From an uncultured Chlamydiae bacterium (GTDB lineage: Bacteria; Chlamydiota; Chlamydiia; Chlamydiales; JAJFMB01), in contig CAVOJR010000001.1 of the NCBI GenBank assembly GCA_963696295.1, forward strand, positions 1,920,001 through 1,984,000: 64,000 nucleotides of DNA, written 5' to 3'. The notes beneath the pieces were generated by a model. That model was given only the letters and a program-made list of their open reading frames with translations, ran no database searches and was not told where the DNA came from. The translations under genes were made by a program, and so were the position numbers. Of this stretch, positions 18,046 through 29,602 are shown piece by piece (the first letter of the stretch is position 1; each line of letters opens with the position of its first letter).

Positions 18046-19671
18046 ATGACTGAGATAAGCAGTTATCGGGATTATGGTTCAACGCATTTCAACTTGATTG
18101 AAGATGAAAACGATTTAAGTTCTACCATCAGCAGTTATGAAGATTTAGTGGCAGACCTTCCGAAAGAAAATTTACCATCGGAGCTCATCGATTCGATGAA
18201 CAAAATTCTGGGTGAATTGAAGGATGAGAAGCTAACTCTTGAGGAAAAAGATCAGAAGTTTGGAATCCTCAAAAATTATCTAGGTGTTGCAGAAACATTT
18301 TTGGTTGGACAGCAGAACATCCGACCCTCCTCTCCTTCCGTGAAGAGGCTTGGCGCGGGGGGCGCGGCCAAAGAGGTATTCGTTCTTAAATCAACGGAAA
18401 ATAGATTATCCAGCCACAAAGTCTTCCTTGTGGCGAGAAAGACCTCCAAGATTCAAGAATTAACGAAAGGAGAATCCAGGCAAGAGGAATTGAGAAGGGA
18501 GGTTGAAACAGTAAAAAATATACGCGAAAATCTCCAAAGGATCCGGCTCGGGGAGTTTGTAGGAACAGATAATGCAGAGAGGATACTCAAAGAATACGGG
18601 TCAATAGATGGCTTTATTGAAGCTATGAATGAAGGTAAGGAGGAAGAAATGGCAAAGAAATTTGAGGATCCTGCGGAACTTGCCAAGCTAAAACAGTGGG
18701 GCGACGGCTTTCCCCATGATTTTGAATTACACATAGATCCAGATCTGAAGGCGTTGGGATTGGACGGCGCGGAGGGCGTGCATCAATTAGGCCAGGAATT
18801 TGCCTCAATGAGCCTGGCCAATCGCGGCGATATGGAAAGTTTTATGCGCGGCGAGGAGGGCCTTTCGTTAACCCTTGAAGAGCGAATGGATATGACTGAA
18901 CAAGTCATGAAGGCTGTAAGGGACCTGCATGCGGCAGGCTACGTGCATGGCGACCTGAAACCGGATAACTTCCTGGTCCATATTGAACAGGTAGATGGAA
19001 AAAGGAAGATTCGGGTCATTCTCAATGACTTTGGCACCACGGAGCTCATGAAACCCGGACTGCCTTATATGGGCAATCCCCGCAACAGGTCTCCTCAAAA
19101 TGATAAATCTTTTGAGACAGATGTTTATGCCGTGAAGAATATATGCGTTCGCCTGTTGGAACAGCCCCACGTCCACAGCCAGGGAGGCGCCTCTCTGATA
19201 ACTGTAAAGGAAAGCAAATCCTCACCCAGCAAAGTAACGATTAAGAAAGATGGCAAAGACACGGGGGAGTTAAAACGGCAGGGGTTTGAAAGATACATTA
19301 CCGAGCATAAGGACTGCTGTCAGTGGGATGGCGATAAAAGTTGGGGAAAGGTTAAAGTGTTTTCCGGTCGCGTGAGCAGTAAAATGGCAACGACGCACAT
19401 CAACCCGAACAGCTTGAAAGCGGAACAAGCAGCTGTTGGAGAATATTTCAAGGTAGTAAATGCCAAGTTAACAGAAGAGTTAAGTCCTGATTATGAGCGG
19501 CCAGTCAATAGGAGTAGTGAGGAGGTTGAGGCAACGAAAGTCAGACTGCAAAACCTGATGGGGGCTCTGGAAAGCATGTCGAAAACAGAGGTGAAGGAAC
19601 GCGCGACTATGGATGAAGCGGTTAAAATTGCCGGCGGGGCCGGTCAAACAAAGCAAATTATAAAAGCCTAA
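18046..19671 (+). CDS. Hanks-type Ser/Thr kinase, probable effector
   Basis: LGAGGAAKEVF, VHGDLKPDNFL, NDFG, TDVYA; AGGAGG RBS before ATG 18046. Confidence 0.85.
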   Translation: MTEISSYRDYGSTHFNLIEDENDLSSTISSYEDLVADLPKENLPSELIDSMNKILGELKDEKLTLEEKDQKFGILKNYLGVAETFLVGQQNIRPSSPSVKRLGAGGAAKEVFVLKSTENRLSSHKVFLVARKTSKIQELTKGESRQEELRREVETVKNIRENLQRIRLGEFVGTDNAERILKEYGSIDGFIEAMNEGKEEEMAKKFEDPAELAKLKQWGDGFPHDFELHIDPDLKALGLDGAEGVHQLGQEFASMSLANRGDMESFMRGEEGLSLTLEERMDMTEQVMKAVRDLHAAGYVHGDLKPDNFLVHIEQVDGKRKIRVILNDFGTTELMKPGLPYMGNPRNRSPQNDKSFETDVYAVKNICVRLLEQPHVHSQGGASLITVKESKSSPSKVTIKKDGKDTGELKRQGFERYITEHKDCCQWDGDKSWGKVKVFSGRVSSKMATTHINPNSLKAEQAAVGEYFKVVNAKLTEELSPDYERPVNRSSEEVEATKVRLQNLMGALESMSKTEVKERATMDEAVKIAGGAGQTKQIIKA

Positions 19672-20882
19672 CGCATTATTTCAACATCAATTGTCAGGCT
19701 TCCTTCGTTTGCCTCATTAAATTGTTCGATCATTGACACGAGAACTTCTTCCAAATCGGGGGAAAGAGTGTCCACTTTCAAAGTAACAGTGAGTTCTTCT
19801 TTTCTTTTAAATTTTGATTTCGTAAGCCAATCGATCAATACCTCGGTGTTGAATCGAACTTGAGGCAGCTTAAGCTCTATCAGATTCGGAGCGTTCTTTA
19901 TGAAGGCGTCGATGAAGTCCAGGTTGTTTATTTTGGCGCTGGCCTTGCAGGCGAAATGAAGAAGATTGGGATAGTTATTTATCAGGAGCGGCAGGTTATC
20001 GACCCAACCATCCCCTTCAATCTCGCTTTCAAACTGAATAACTTCCAATTCCGCATTCCCTTGCATCGCCAAATCCTTAAAGTTATCTCCACTTAACCCA
20101 AAATTTTGGAATACGACGTGAGGAACGCATTTCATGAATGAGGACATCAACTTTACGATGTCGGATTGGGCGGGTGAGATGTCTTCAGGTTTATGGATGA
20201 TGAGTACTTCGGTCTCTGAAACCAGCAATTTTTTGGCAAAAGCCAGTTGGAGTTTCTGATCGCGAAATAACTCGCGGCTTGGATATAGGTGACACCCCGG
20301 AACTTTATTCCCAGCAAGATCAAACACTTTTTCTAAACTAAAGCGGCCAAATTGTCCCTCATCTAAAAGAACGGCAGGGCGTTTTTGCACCTCTTTGTTC
20401 TGAAAAAGATACTCGATAACACTTGGATCCACATCATCGGCAATAAAATCGCCTGCCTCAAAAGACATTTGTTGTCTGGCTTCAGGTTCTGCCTGTTTTA
20501 TTGTTATACTAGCTTCTTCGAGTTCATCTTCCATTTCGTTGATGAGGGCGTCTATTCCGGCCTTTTTTCCCGGAACTACTGTGACATCGAGCTTCAGAGA
20601 ATCGAGGGGAATTCTATTTAAAAGCTCTTTAAAAACTTTTTTGTCGCAGTTAAGTTGCAAAAGTTCAATACAGCGAATTTTTTCTTTTTGGAGGTGGTTG
20701 ATTAGGGCGGCTACAGCGGAAAGGTTGGTTGTAGGCATATTTCTCAGGTTGATGCGATAGCAATTTCCGTATTTATTCGTATAGGGAGAAACAATGCTTT
20801 GAAGGGATCCGTTAATTTCCCGACCCCAATCGACGTCATTGCAATTAAAAGAGCCACAAATAAAATTATTAACATTTGACAT
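19668..20882 (-). CDS. Hypothetical protein, weakly LRR-like
   Basis: Long ORF, likely start MSNVNN; PNLLHF and PNLIELKL segments. Confidence 0.65.
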   Translation of the reverse strand: MSNVNNFICGSFNCNDVDWGREINGSLQSIVSPYTNKYGNCYRINLRNMPTTNLSAVAALINHLQKEKIRCIELLQLNCDKKVFKELLNRIPLDSLKLDVTVVPGKKAGIDALINEMEDELEEASITIKQAEPEARQQMSFEAGDFIADDVDPSVIEYLFQNKEVQKRPAVLLDEGQFGRFSLEKVFDLAGNKVPGCHLYPSRELFRDQKLQLAFAKKLLVSETEVLIIHKPEDISPAQSDIVKLMSSFMKCVPHVVFQNFGLSGDNFKDLAMQGNAELEVIQFESEIEGDGWVDNLPLLINNYPNLLHFACKASAKINNLDFIDAFIKNAPNLIELKLPQVRFNTEVLIDWLTKSKFKRKEELTVTLKVDTLSPDLEEVLVSMIEQFNEANEGSLTIDVEIMR

Positions 20883-20940
20883 ATAAACCTCGAAAAAGAA
20901 GTAAATAATAACAAGGCTAATATTAATTGTCAAAATTATG

Positions 20941-21435
20941 TTATTTCGTCCACTTAAAGCCGATAGCAGACTCGGAAAGATTTAAGGCTTTAGCGATTTT
21001 GTACAGTGTTGTGCGCCTTGGCATCGATTTAGATTGGAAGAATCGGCTAAGAGAAGGTTGCGGGATGCCCGTTCTTCTTGCCAGTTCACTAATACCCCCT
21101 TGACGATCAACTTCCTCGCGCAGCTTTAGTTTGAATTCTATTATATCGCGTTTAATTGCTGAAAGATCGTTATAATGCAGATAGGGACGATCTTCAGGTG
21201 CTTTAGGGGCCATGTGTATGTCATCGAGAACCTCTTGTATATCTTCAATTATCAGATCCCTTTCGCCGGGATCATTTTCTTCGAACCACATTTCCATGAG
21301 GTCTTGCAAACCTTCGTAACGCTGGTAATTCTCCATCAAACTACAGATAAAGACGCTCCCTAAGCCTACTCGGCGCATTTCGTTGAGAATATCCAAAACG
21401 TATAAATCATCATCATGAGCATGAGCAAAGTTCAT
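20941..21435 (-). CDS. XRE HTH antitoxin-like protein (HigA-like)
   Basis: C-terminal ISELARRTGIPQPSLSRF..PRRTTLYKIAKAL; 4-nt overlap with the upstream gene. Confidence 0.75.
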   Translation of the reverse strand: MNFAHAHDDDLYVLDILNEMRRVGLGSVFICSLMENYQRYEGLQDLMEMWFEENDPGERDLIIEDIQEVLDDIHMAPKAPEDRPYLHYNDLSAIKRDIIEFKLKLREEVDRQGGISELARRTGIPQPSLSRFFQSKSMPRRTTLYKIAKALNLSESAIGFKWTK

Positions 21436-21827
21436 AATAACCTCCCTCTAAAGGTAAATCTTCCTTCTTCAATGAGTTGAATTTTTACTTTTAATTTAGC
21501 CATTTCTCTAAAATCCTTATTGGCGTTCTCTTTTATATAAGCATTGCACAAATACGCTGTCTCATCGTTGATAACAACGAGTAATCTTAACTGAGAGCGC
21601 CCTGGCCCAATGTTATGCCATTTCATTTTGAAACCCTGGCGAATTATCTTTCCGCTCTTGTCTTTGCAAGGACCCCAAAATTTGTCATTTCCAAACTTAC
21701 AATGATAGGGATATTCCTTTAATAGTTCCGCATCAGGGCGGAGAATTTCCCGATATTCAGCCTCAGAAAACACATCCAATAAATCTATGTAAGACTGCAG
21801 TGCCCAGTCGGTAATCACTATTTCCAT
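21432..21827 (-). CDS. Putative RelE/HigB-like toxin
   Basis: MEIVITDWA start and QLRLL..AYLCNAYIK; toxin-first order; palindrome ATAATAT-acc-ATATTAT upstream (21846-21862). Confidence 0.55.
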   Translation of the reverse strand: MEIVITDWALQSYIDLLDVFSEAEYREILRPDAELLKEYPYHCKFGNDKFWGPCKDKSGKIIRQGFKMKWHNIGPGRSQLRLLVVINDETAYLCNAYIKENANKDFREMAKLKVKIQLIEEGRFTFRGRLL

Positions 21828-21949
21828 TATCCGTCCCTATATAACATAATATACCATATTATAACTATTTATATCAATGCATATTTAACGCCCTGAAGCT
21901 AAAGAGGCAAAGGGGCACAATATCAGCATTTGGAGTAATTTATTGCGGA

Positions 21950-22492
21950 ATGAGGGGTTTTTCTTTAGAATCGTCTGACATTCATTTTAGGAGCGGTATG
22001 TATCTAAATACAGATTTGAAAGTGGAGACATTCTCTGAGCTCGCCCAAATGCTGGAGGGAGGCAGCTGTTCCGTCTCATTTTGGGGGGGAAGACAGGTGA
22101 CTCTTAAAAACTCTAAAACCAGCGATCTGATGGAACTGGGCAATCAAGTGACCAATTTATTTCTTGAGAAGGGGTGCCCCTCAACCGAGCGGGCGGCTCT
22201 AAAAACCATCAGCAAACAGCTTTCCAAGTGGTTTCAGGAGACGGACGAGTCTGTCAAAACCACCTTCAAGATTACCCAGATGTCTGACTTCTTCAGTTAT
22301 CCCACGGAAAATGTCACCAGTTTTTGGAAGCCCGGCGCGGCGGGTATTGCCATCGAAAACCTCTATTCGGACGAGGAGTGGAAGGAGCAATTTCCGGATA
22401 GTAAAATGCCTGAACCGATTCAGGTGATCGGGAAGTTTAAACTATTTTCCGATGAGCAAATCGGGGAAGCGGAGGAGTTCGTACTGGTCTAG
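21950..22492 (+). CDS. Hypothetical protein
   Basis: 180-aa ORF; start may be the later Met (MYLNTD). Confidence 0.6.
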   Translation: MRGFSLESSDIHFRSGMYLNTDLKVETFSELAQMLEGGSCSVSFWGGRQVTLKNSKTSDLMELGNQVTNLFLEKGCPSTERAALKTISKQLSKWFQETDESVKTTFKITQMSDFFSYPTENVTSFWKPGAAGIAIENLYSDEEWKEQFPDSKMPEPIQVIGKFKLFSDEQIGEAEEFVLV

Positions 22493-22549
22493 CCGGAGTT
22501 TACAAACTCATTGCCGGCATCTGACAAGCAGCTTGTAAACTCCGGCTAG
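22489..22549. mobile_element. MITE-like 53-bp element with CTAG flanks (may also act as a bidirectional terminator)
   Basis: CTAG-CCGGAGTTTACAA...TTGTAAACTCCGG-CTAG, perfect inverted repeat. Confidence 0.55.
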
Positions 22550-22952
22550 GTGCTGTCTTTCAGTTTGTAGACTGCGATCCGGTTTTCGGCGCGGGCAAAC
22601 GCCTTCTTTGCCCTCTCCCGGTCGACTTCGGGATCGTGATCTTCGAGCCTTTTTTGCGCCCGCTCAAGGGCCGCTTCGGCGCGCGGCAGATCGATCTCAT
22701 CCGGTTGCAGGGCGGTGTCTGCGAGCAGCGAAACTTCGTTGTGCATGACATCGAGGTACCCTCCCGAGATCGACCAGAGCCATTTTTTGCCCTCCTTGTC
22801 GATCACTTCCATCCGTCCCGGCCTCAAGGTCGAGATGATGGAGGCGTGATCGGTCAGAATCTCCATGTAGCCCACCGTGCCAGGAGCGAGGAGGGATTTC
22901 ACCTCTCCGTCAAAAACCACTTTTTCAGGAGTCGCTATAAACAGATGATACA

Positions 22953-22953
<1 letters not shown>
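22546..22953 (-). CDS. atpC: ATP synthase F1 epsilon
   Basis: IATPEKVVFDGEV, G.MEILTDHA, SGG; operon position. Confidence 0.95.
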
Positions 22954-24341
<1,388 letters not shown>

Positions 24342-24357
24342 TTAAAGTTCCTTTTTT

Positions 24358-25200
24358 TCATATCCTCTGCGAGGAGGAGATTTCAATAATTTCTCTTGTA
24401 ATGCTTTCCTGCCGCACTTTGTTGCGAAGGAGCGTCAGATCCTCGATCATATTTTTGGAATTCTTGCTCGCGGTCTGCATGGCGACAATCCTGGCGGCCA
24501 GTTCCGAGGCATACGCTTCATGCAGGGCGGTCTGCAGGCGCGTGACGCAATATCTGGGTAGGATTTTTGAGTAAATTTCCACCGGATTTGGTTCAAAGAT
24601 GTAATTGAGCTGCTTTTTTTCCCCTTCCGGCTTTCCAATATTCAAGAATTTTTCGGCCATGACTTTTCTGTTCATGACGGTGATGTAATGGGTATAGATC
24701 AGCCAGATTTCATCATATGTCCCGTCTAAAAACTTATTGACCAGCTGATCGGTTAACACTTGCACCTCGTGAAAGGTGATTGTTCCGCCCCACTCTTTGA
24801 ATTGATGGGCGACCGGCCACTGTTTTCTTGCGAAATGCTCAATCCCTTTTTTGCCGAAAAGGATCAGCTCGATGTTGTCGGGGCGGTAATTTTTCAAGAA
24901 ACGGTCGGCGGCATGCATGACATTACTGTTGTAAGACCCGGAGAGGCCTCTATCGGCTGCGACCACGATCAGCCCCGTTTTTTTGATCTCGCTTCTTTCC
25001 TCAAACAAAGGGTGGGAATACTCGGTTGATGCCAATTTCTCCAAAATCTCTTTCATCTTGGAGATGTAGGGGCGAGACTCTTCAGCATGAGCCTGGGCGC
25101 GCCGCAAACGGGCGGCAGCCACCCTTTCCATGGCGTCGGTGATCTTCTTGATATTCTCCACCGACCGCAGGCGGCTTTTGATGTCGCGTAAATTGGTCAT
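24358..25200 (-). CDS. atpG: ATP synthase F1 gamma
   Basis: [28 protein letters not shown]. Confidence 0.97.
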   Translation of the reverse strand: MTNLRDIKSRLRSVENIKKITDAMERVAAARLRRAQAHAEESRPYISKMKEILEKLASTEYSHPLFEERSEIKKTGLIVVAADRGLSGSYNSNVMHAADRFLKNYRPDNIELILFGKKGIEHFARKQWPVAHQFKEWGGTITFHEVQVLTDQLVNKFLDGTYDEIWLIYTHYITVMNRKVMAEKFLNIGKPEGEKKQLNYIFEPNPVEIYSKILPRYCVTRLQTALHEAYASELAARIVAMQTASKNSKNMIEDLTLLRNKVRQESITREIIEISSSQRI

Positions 25201-26717
25201 GCTTTTATCGGGGTAGTGAATATTTTCTTAAATTTACCGATGGCTTCTCTCAAAAGCGCGGCTGTTTTATCATCCAGCGCCTGCGTTGTTGCGATCGTTT
25301 TGGCAATGCCGGGGTATTCTTTCTCCATAAAGATATAAAACTCCTGTTCGAAGGCTTTGATCCTTTCGACGGGAATGTCATCCAAAAAGCCTTCGGTGCC
25401 GGCGAAAATGATCATCACCTGCTTTTCTAAAGGATAAGGCATTAATTTGTCCTGCTTTAAGACTTCCACCATAATCTCGCCGCGGTTGAGCTGCGCTCTT
25501 GTTCTGTCGTCCAGTTCCGACCCAAATTGGGTGAAGGCGGCGAGCTCCCGGTATTGCGCGAGATCGAGCCGCAGACTGCCGGCCACTTTTTTCATCGCTT
25601 TGGTCTGCGCTTTTCCCCCTACCCTGGAGGCTGAAATGCCGACATTGATGGCGGGGCGCACGCCCATGTAGAAAAGATCTGATTCCAGATAGATTTGCCC
25701 GTCGGTGATCGAAATCACGTTGGTGGGAATGTAGGCCGTGACGTCGTTGGCCTGCGTTTCGATCACAGGCAAAGCTGTCAGGGAGCCGCCCCCCATTTCC
25801 TTATTAAGTTTGGCGGCACGCTCAAGGAGGCGGGAGTGGAGGTAGAAAATATCGCCCGGGTAAGCTTCCCGGCCGGGCGGGCGCCTTAAGAGCAGCGAAA
25901 GCTGCCTGTAGGCCTGAGCGTGTTTGGAGAGGTCGTCGTAGAAACAGACGGCGTGCTTGCCGTTATACATAAAATATTCCCCCATGGCCGCGCCGGCGTA
26001 GGGAGCGATGTATTGCAGCGAAGCGGTGTCGGAGGCGGAGGCGACGACAACTGTGGTGTATTCCATGGCGCCAAACTCTTCCAGGAGAGCCACATAGCGG
26101 GAAACTGTCGAGGCTTTCTGCCCGATCGCCACATAGATGCAGTACACCCCTTTGCCTTTCTGATTGATAATGGTGTCTAAAATGACCGTTGTTTTGCCGG
26201 TCTGCCTGTCGCCGAGAATCAGCTCCCTTTGTCCGAGGCCGATCGGGATCATCGAATCAATCGCTTTGATCCCCGTTTGAAGGGGCTCGTGCACCGGCTG
26301 CCTTTCCACCACATTGGGGGCCGAATGTTCGAGCGGGCCGAACTGGCTGGTGACGATCGGGCCTTTGCCGTCTAGGGGAACGCCGAGAGGGTTGACCACG
26401 CGTCCCAAAAGCTCTTCGCCGACGGGGATGTGGGCGATTTTTCCGGTGCGTTTGACCACGTCCTGCTCTTTGAGCCCCTCTTCTGAACCAAAGAGAACAA
26501 CGCCGACGCTGTCCGATTCGAGGTTTAAAACCATGCCGAGGGTGCCATTGGAAAACTCCACCATCTCCGACATCATCGCATCATCGAGTCCATAAACGCG
26601 CGCGATCCCGTCGCCCAGCTGGAGAATATAGCCTACCGATTCTACGGATAGTTTATCGCTGTAGTTTTTGATCTCTTCTTCTATCGCCCAGGCGACTTCT
26701 TCCGGTTTTAATGCCAT
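25197..26717 (-). CDS. atpA: ATP synthase F1 alpha
   Basis: [25 protein letters not shown]. Confidence 0.98.
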   Translation of the reverse strand: MALKPEEVAWAIEEEIKNYSDKLSVESVGYILQLGDGIARVYGLDDAMMSEMVEFSNGTLGMVLNLESDSVGVVLFGSEEGLKEQDVVKRTGKIAHIPVGEELLGRVVNPLGVPLDGKGPIVTSQFGPLEHSAPNVVERQPVHEPLQTGIKAIDSMIPIGLGQRELILGDRQTGKTTVILDTIINQKGKGVYCIYVAIGQKASTVSRYVALLEEFGAMEYTTVVVASASDTASLQYIAPYAGAAMGEYFMYNGKHAVCFYDDLSKHAQAYRQLSLLLRRPPGREAYPGDIFYLHSRLLERAAKLNKEMGGGSLTALPVIETQANDVTAYIPTNVISITDGQIYLESDLFYMGVRPAINVGISASRVGGKAQTKAMKKVAGSLRLDLAQYRELAAFTQFGSELDDRTRAQLNRGEIMVEVLKQDKLMPYPLEKQVMIIFAGTEGFLDDIPVERIKAFEQEFYIFMEKEYPGIAKTIATTQALDDKTAALLREAIGKFKKIFTTPIKA

Positions 26718-26726
26718 TGCTTCACC

Positions 26727-27239
26727 TTAATTTAATAACTCTCGTTTTAGCTTTTCCAGCTTCCCTTTGATGCTGAAGTCAGCCAGCCGGTTTCCAATTG
26801 TCAATATTCCGCCGCCGATCAGGCGGGGATCGGTTTCCTCTTCGAGAAAAACTTTCTTCCCATACTGCTTTTCCAGCTTGCCCTTCAATTTTTCGATATA
26901 AGACGGCTCTACCGGCTCCGCCGTTACCAGCCGCCCTTTCAATTGTCCTAATTTCTCCCTGACCATTTGGGAATAAGCCTTCACAATTTCTTGCAAATAG
27001 TTAAAACGCCTTTTTTCCACCAGAAGGAGCAAAAAGGAAACGAGCTGTTTGTCTTCCACTTCCTCTAAGCCCTTTTTCAAAGCTTCTTCTTTGTTTTCCT
27101 TGGAGATATGAGGGGAAAAGAAGAAGGGATAGCGGTTTAAGACGGCAACGAGCCGGTTCAAGTCGCGGCAGCGCCTCTCCAGCTCCTCGTCTGAGGCTGT
27201 CAATTGAAACAGGGCTTTCGCATAGCGGGTCTCTATCAA
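26727..27239 (-). CDS. atpH: ATP synthase delta
   Basis: RYAKALF, DPRLIGGG, DFSIKGKL. Confidence 0.95.
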   Translation of the reverse strand: MIETRYAKALFQLTASDEELERRCRDLNRLVAVLNRYPFFFSPHISKENKEEALKKGLEEVEDKQLVSFLLLLVEKRRFNYLQEIVKAYSQMVREKLGQLKGRLVTAEPVEPSYIEKLKGKLEKQYGKKVFLEEETDPRLIGGGILTIGNRLADFSIKGKLEKLKRELLN

Positions 27240-27718
27240 TTGGCCCCCGTTTGTTCCACAAAATCGGCTAGGAGCTTTTCCTGATCCTCTTTATTCAACT
27301 TGGATTTCAGAATCTTCTCAGTCGCTGCCATGGTTATATTGACCAGTTCGTTTTTTAACTCTTTTTTGGCTTTGGTGATTTCATTTTGCAAATCTTCTTC
27401 ATGCTTGGTCAGCATGGCTCGTGTCCGAAGTTGCGCCTCTTTTTGAATTTCATAAGCCATCTGTTTCCCCTTATCGATCCCTTCCTGAGTTTTGACAAGG
27501 GCGTAAGCTTCTATGCTTTTAATCTTATCGCTGTATTCCTGCGCGGCTTTTTCGACGGCGGCCTTTTCCGCTTCGATCGCTTCAAGGTCGGCCCGTATTT
27601 TTTCCTTTCGTCCATCCAGGAGGTTCAAAAAGGGCTTCCAGGCGTATCTTTTCATCACCCAGAGCATGACGAGAAACGAGATGATCTGAGTGACAACTTG
27701 TCCAATTTCTATTCTCAT
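27236..27718 (-). CDS. atpF: ATP synthase Fo subunit b
   Basis: N-terminal TM helix, AWKP, long coiled coil. Confidence 0.95.
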   Translation of the reverse strand: MRIEIGQVVTQIISFLVMLWVMKRYAWKPFLNLLDGRKEKIRADLEAIEAEKAAVEKAAQEYSDKIKSIEAYALVKTQEGIDKGKQMAYEIQKEAQLRTRAMLTKHEEDLQNEITKAKKELKNELVNITMAATEKILKSKLNKEDQEKLLADFVEQTGAN

Positions 27719-27719
27719 C

Positions 27720-27971
<252 letters not shown>

Positions 27972-29120
27972 TTAATGTTTATCTTCATAACCGGGTACGG
28001 ATAACAAGATATAAATTGTAGCTAATAATGTAAAAACCATGGCCTGCATCAAACCGGTGAGCAAGGCCAGAAACATAAACGGGATTTGCAGCGGCACGCC
28101 GATCGAGGGGAAGTAGGGGGCGAGCATATTGACGCCGAACATGGCGAAGGCGGCGATCAGTATATCTTCTCCGACCACATTGCCGAATAATCGCAAAGCG
28201 AGAGTGACCGGCCGTGTGAACTGCGTGAGCAATTCGATGGGGAACATCAGGGGGACCAAAGCCCAGCCCATGACTCCCTTCGGCGAGCCTGCCATATGGT
28301 ATAGGAAGCCCAAAATGCCGTAGTTTCTGATATTCAGGTACTGGACCAGGACAAAAACGCAAATGGCGAGCGCCACGGTAATATTGAAGTTCGAAGTGGG
28401 CGCTTTAAGAAGCGGGATCAGGACAAGCCAGTTCATCAGGAGAATATAGAGGAACAGAGTGCCTAAAAACGGAACATATTTTTCCCCTTCCGGGCCCAAA
28501 ATATCTAACACAAATTTGCGCAAAGTTTCTACGATCCATTCCAGGAAGTTTTGAAAACGGGAGGGGATCAAGGTGCTTTTGCGGGCGCCGAGATAAAAGA
28601 GAAGCGATATCGCGCAAGCCACCATCAAAGAATAGACCAGGGTTTCCCAATAATACAGAAAGTTAAAGAAGGCTGAATCGCTGAAGGTTTTGTGCAGCAA
28701 GGAGATGAAGTTGGGCAGCTCCGGCACTTCGGCGTCCAGGGAGGCGTGCAGGCTGGAGGCCGAGGCAAAGGGGAGGAGGCACGCCGTCCTTAAAACGCCG
28801 AGTGAATAGACAATGATCACGAGAAAAATCAAAGAGAACCCGAGCATGAGGTTCCAGGGGGGGAAGTCGCTGATGGATAACAGGTAGTATCCCAGGCCGT
28901 AGAGCAGCGGGAATTTAATCATCGCGATATAACGTTTGGTTTTTCCCAAGAAATACGCAACGGTCAGATGTTTGATGAATAAGAAGTTAGCGGAGGACCA
29001 GAGGGCGCCGAGCAGAATTTGACAACCGCTCCACAGGGAATCGGATATGCCGTAGAAGGCGAACAGGAGCAGCGCGGCGGCCAGGTTGTATTTGAGGATG
29101 TTGTCAATGTATTTAACCAT
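27972..29120 (-). CDS. atpB: ATP synthase Fo subunit a with fused N-terminal AtpI-like membrane domain
   Basis: RPVTLALRLFGN, QAMVF; ~110 aa of extra hydrophobic N-terminus in frame from MVKYID. Confidence 0.9.
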   Translation of the reverse strand: MVKYIDNILKYNLAAALLLFAFYGISDSLWSGCQILLGALWSSANFLFIKHLTVAYFLGKTKRYIAMIKFPLLYGLGYYLLSISDFPPWNLMLGFSLIFLVIIVYSLGVLRTACLLPFASASSLHASLDAEVPELPNFISLLHKTFSDSAFFNFLYYWETLVYSLMVACAISLLFYLGARKSTLIPSRFQNFLEWIVETLRKFVLDILGPEGEKYVPFLGTLFLYILLMNWLVLIPLLKAPTSNFNITVALAICVFVLVQYLNIRNYGILGFLYHMAGSPKGVMGWALVPLMFPIELLTQFTRPVTLALRLFGNVVGEDILIAAFAMFGVNMLAPYFPSIGVPLQIPFMFLALLTGLMQAMVFTLLATIYILLSVPGYEDKH

Positions 29121-29319
29121 CGCCAAACCTCTTGATGATGCGGTAAAATTCGCGGAAGGCGGCGGCAAAGCCCAAAAGGATGAAGAGATACATGAAATAG
29201 GGTTTCGTATGCAGTTTTTCATCCAGCCAGGTGCCGACCAGCCAGCCGAGAACCGGCGGGACAGCCAATACGAAGGGGATGGTGATGAAGGCAGCGAACT
29301 GTTTCATGGCTTTTTTCAA
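29113..29319 (-). CDS. atpZ: AtpZ/AtpI-family (ATPase gene 1) protein
   Basis: GWLVGTWLD...P.F...LLGF; first gene of the atp operon. Confidence 0.85.
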   Translation of the reverse strand: MKKAMKQFAAFITIPFVLAVPPVLGWLVGTWLDEKLHTKPYFMYLFILLGFAAAFREFYRIIKRFGDG

Positions 29320-29602
29320 TTTTACTGTTAAGGGTCAATGTAAATTGGCTCTGCATAGATTTCAATAAAAAAATTGGTTGCGACTAATAATCTCTTAGGG
29401 AAAGATATCCTCTAAAGTGATGATCCATAGTTCCTGGCGGGCAATGCATCAGTTGCAGATTAAGACCTTTTCAATGGTTTTATTCCTCAAGTTTAATGTC
29501 TATCTGGCTCAAAAAAAATCTTACAGTATGCCTATATCATTTATTAAGAATGGGTAAATTAAATGTTTTTATTTTGTTAATTAGTTTATTCTTTTAGCTA
29601 CT

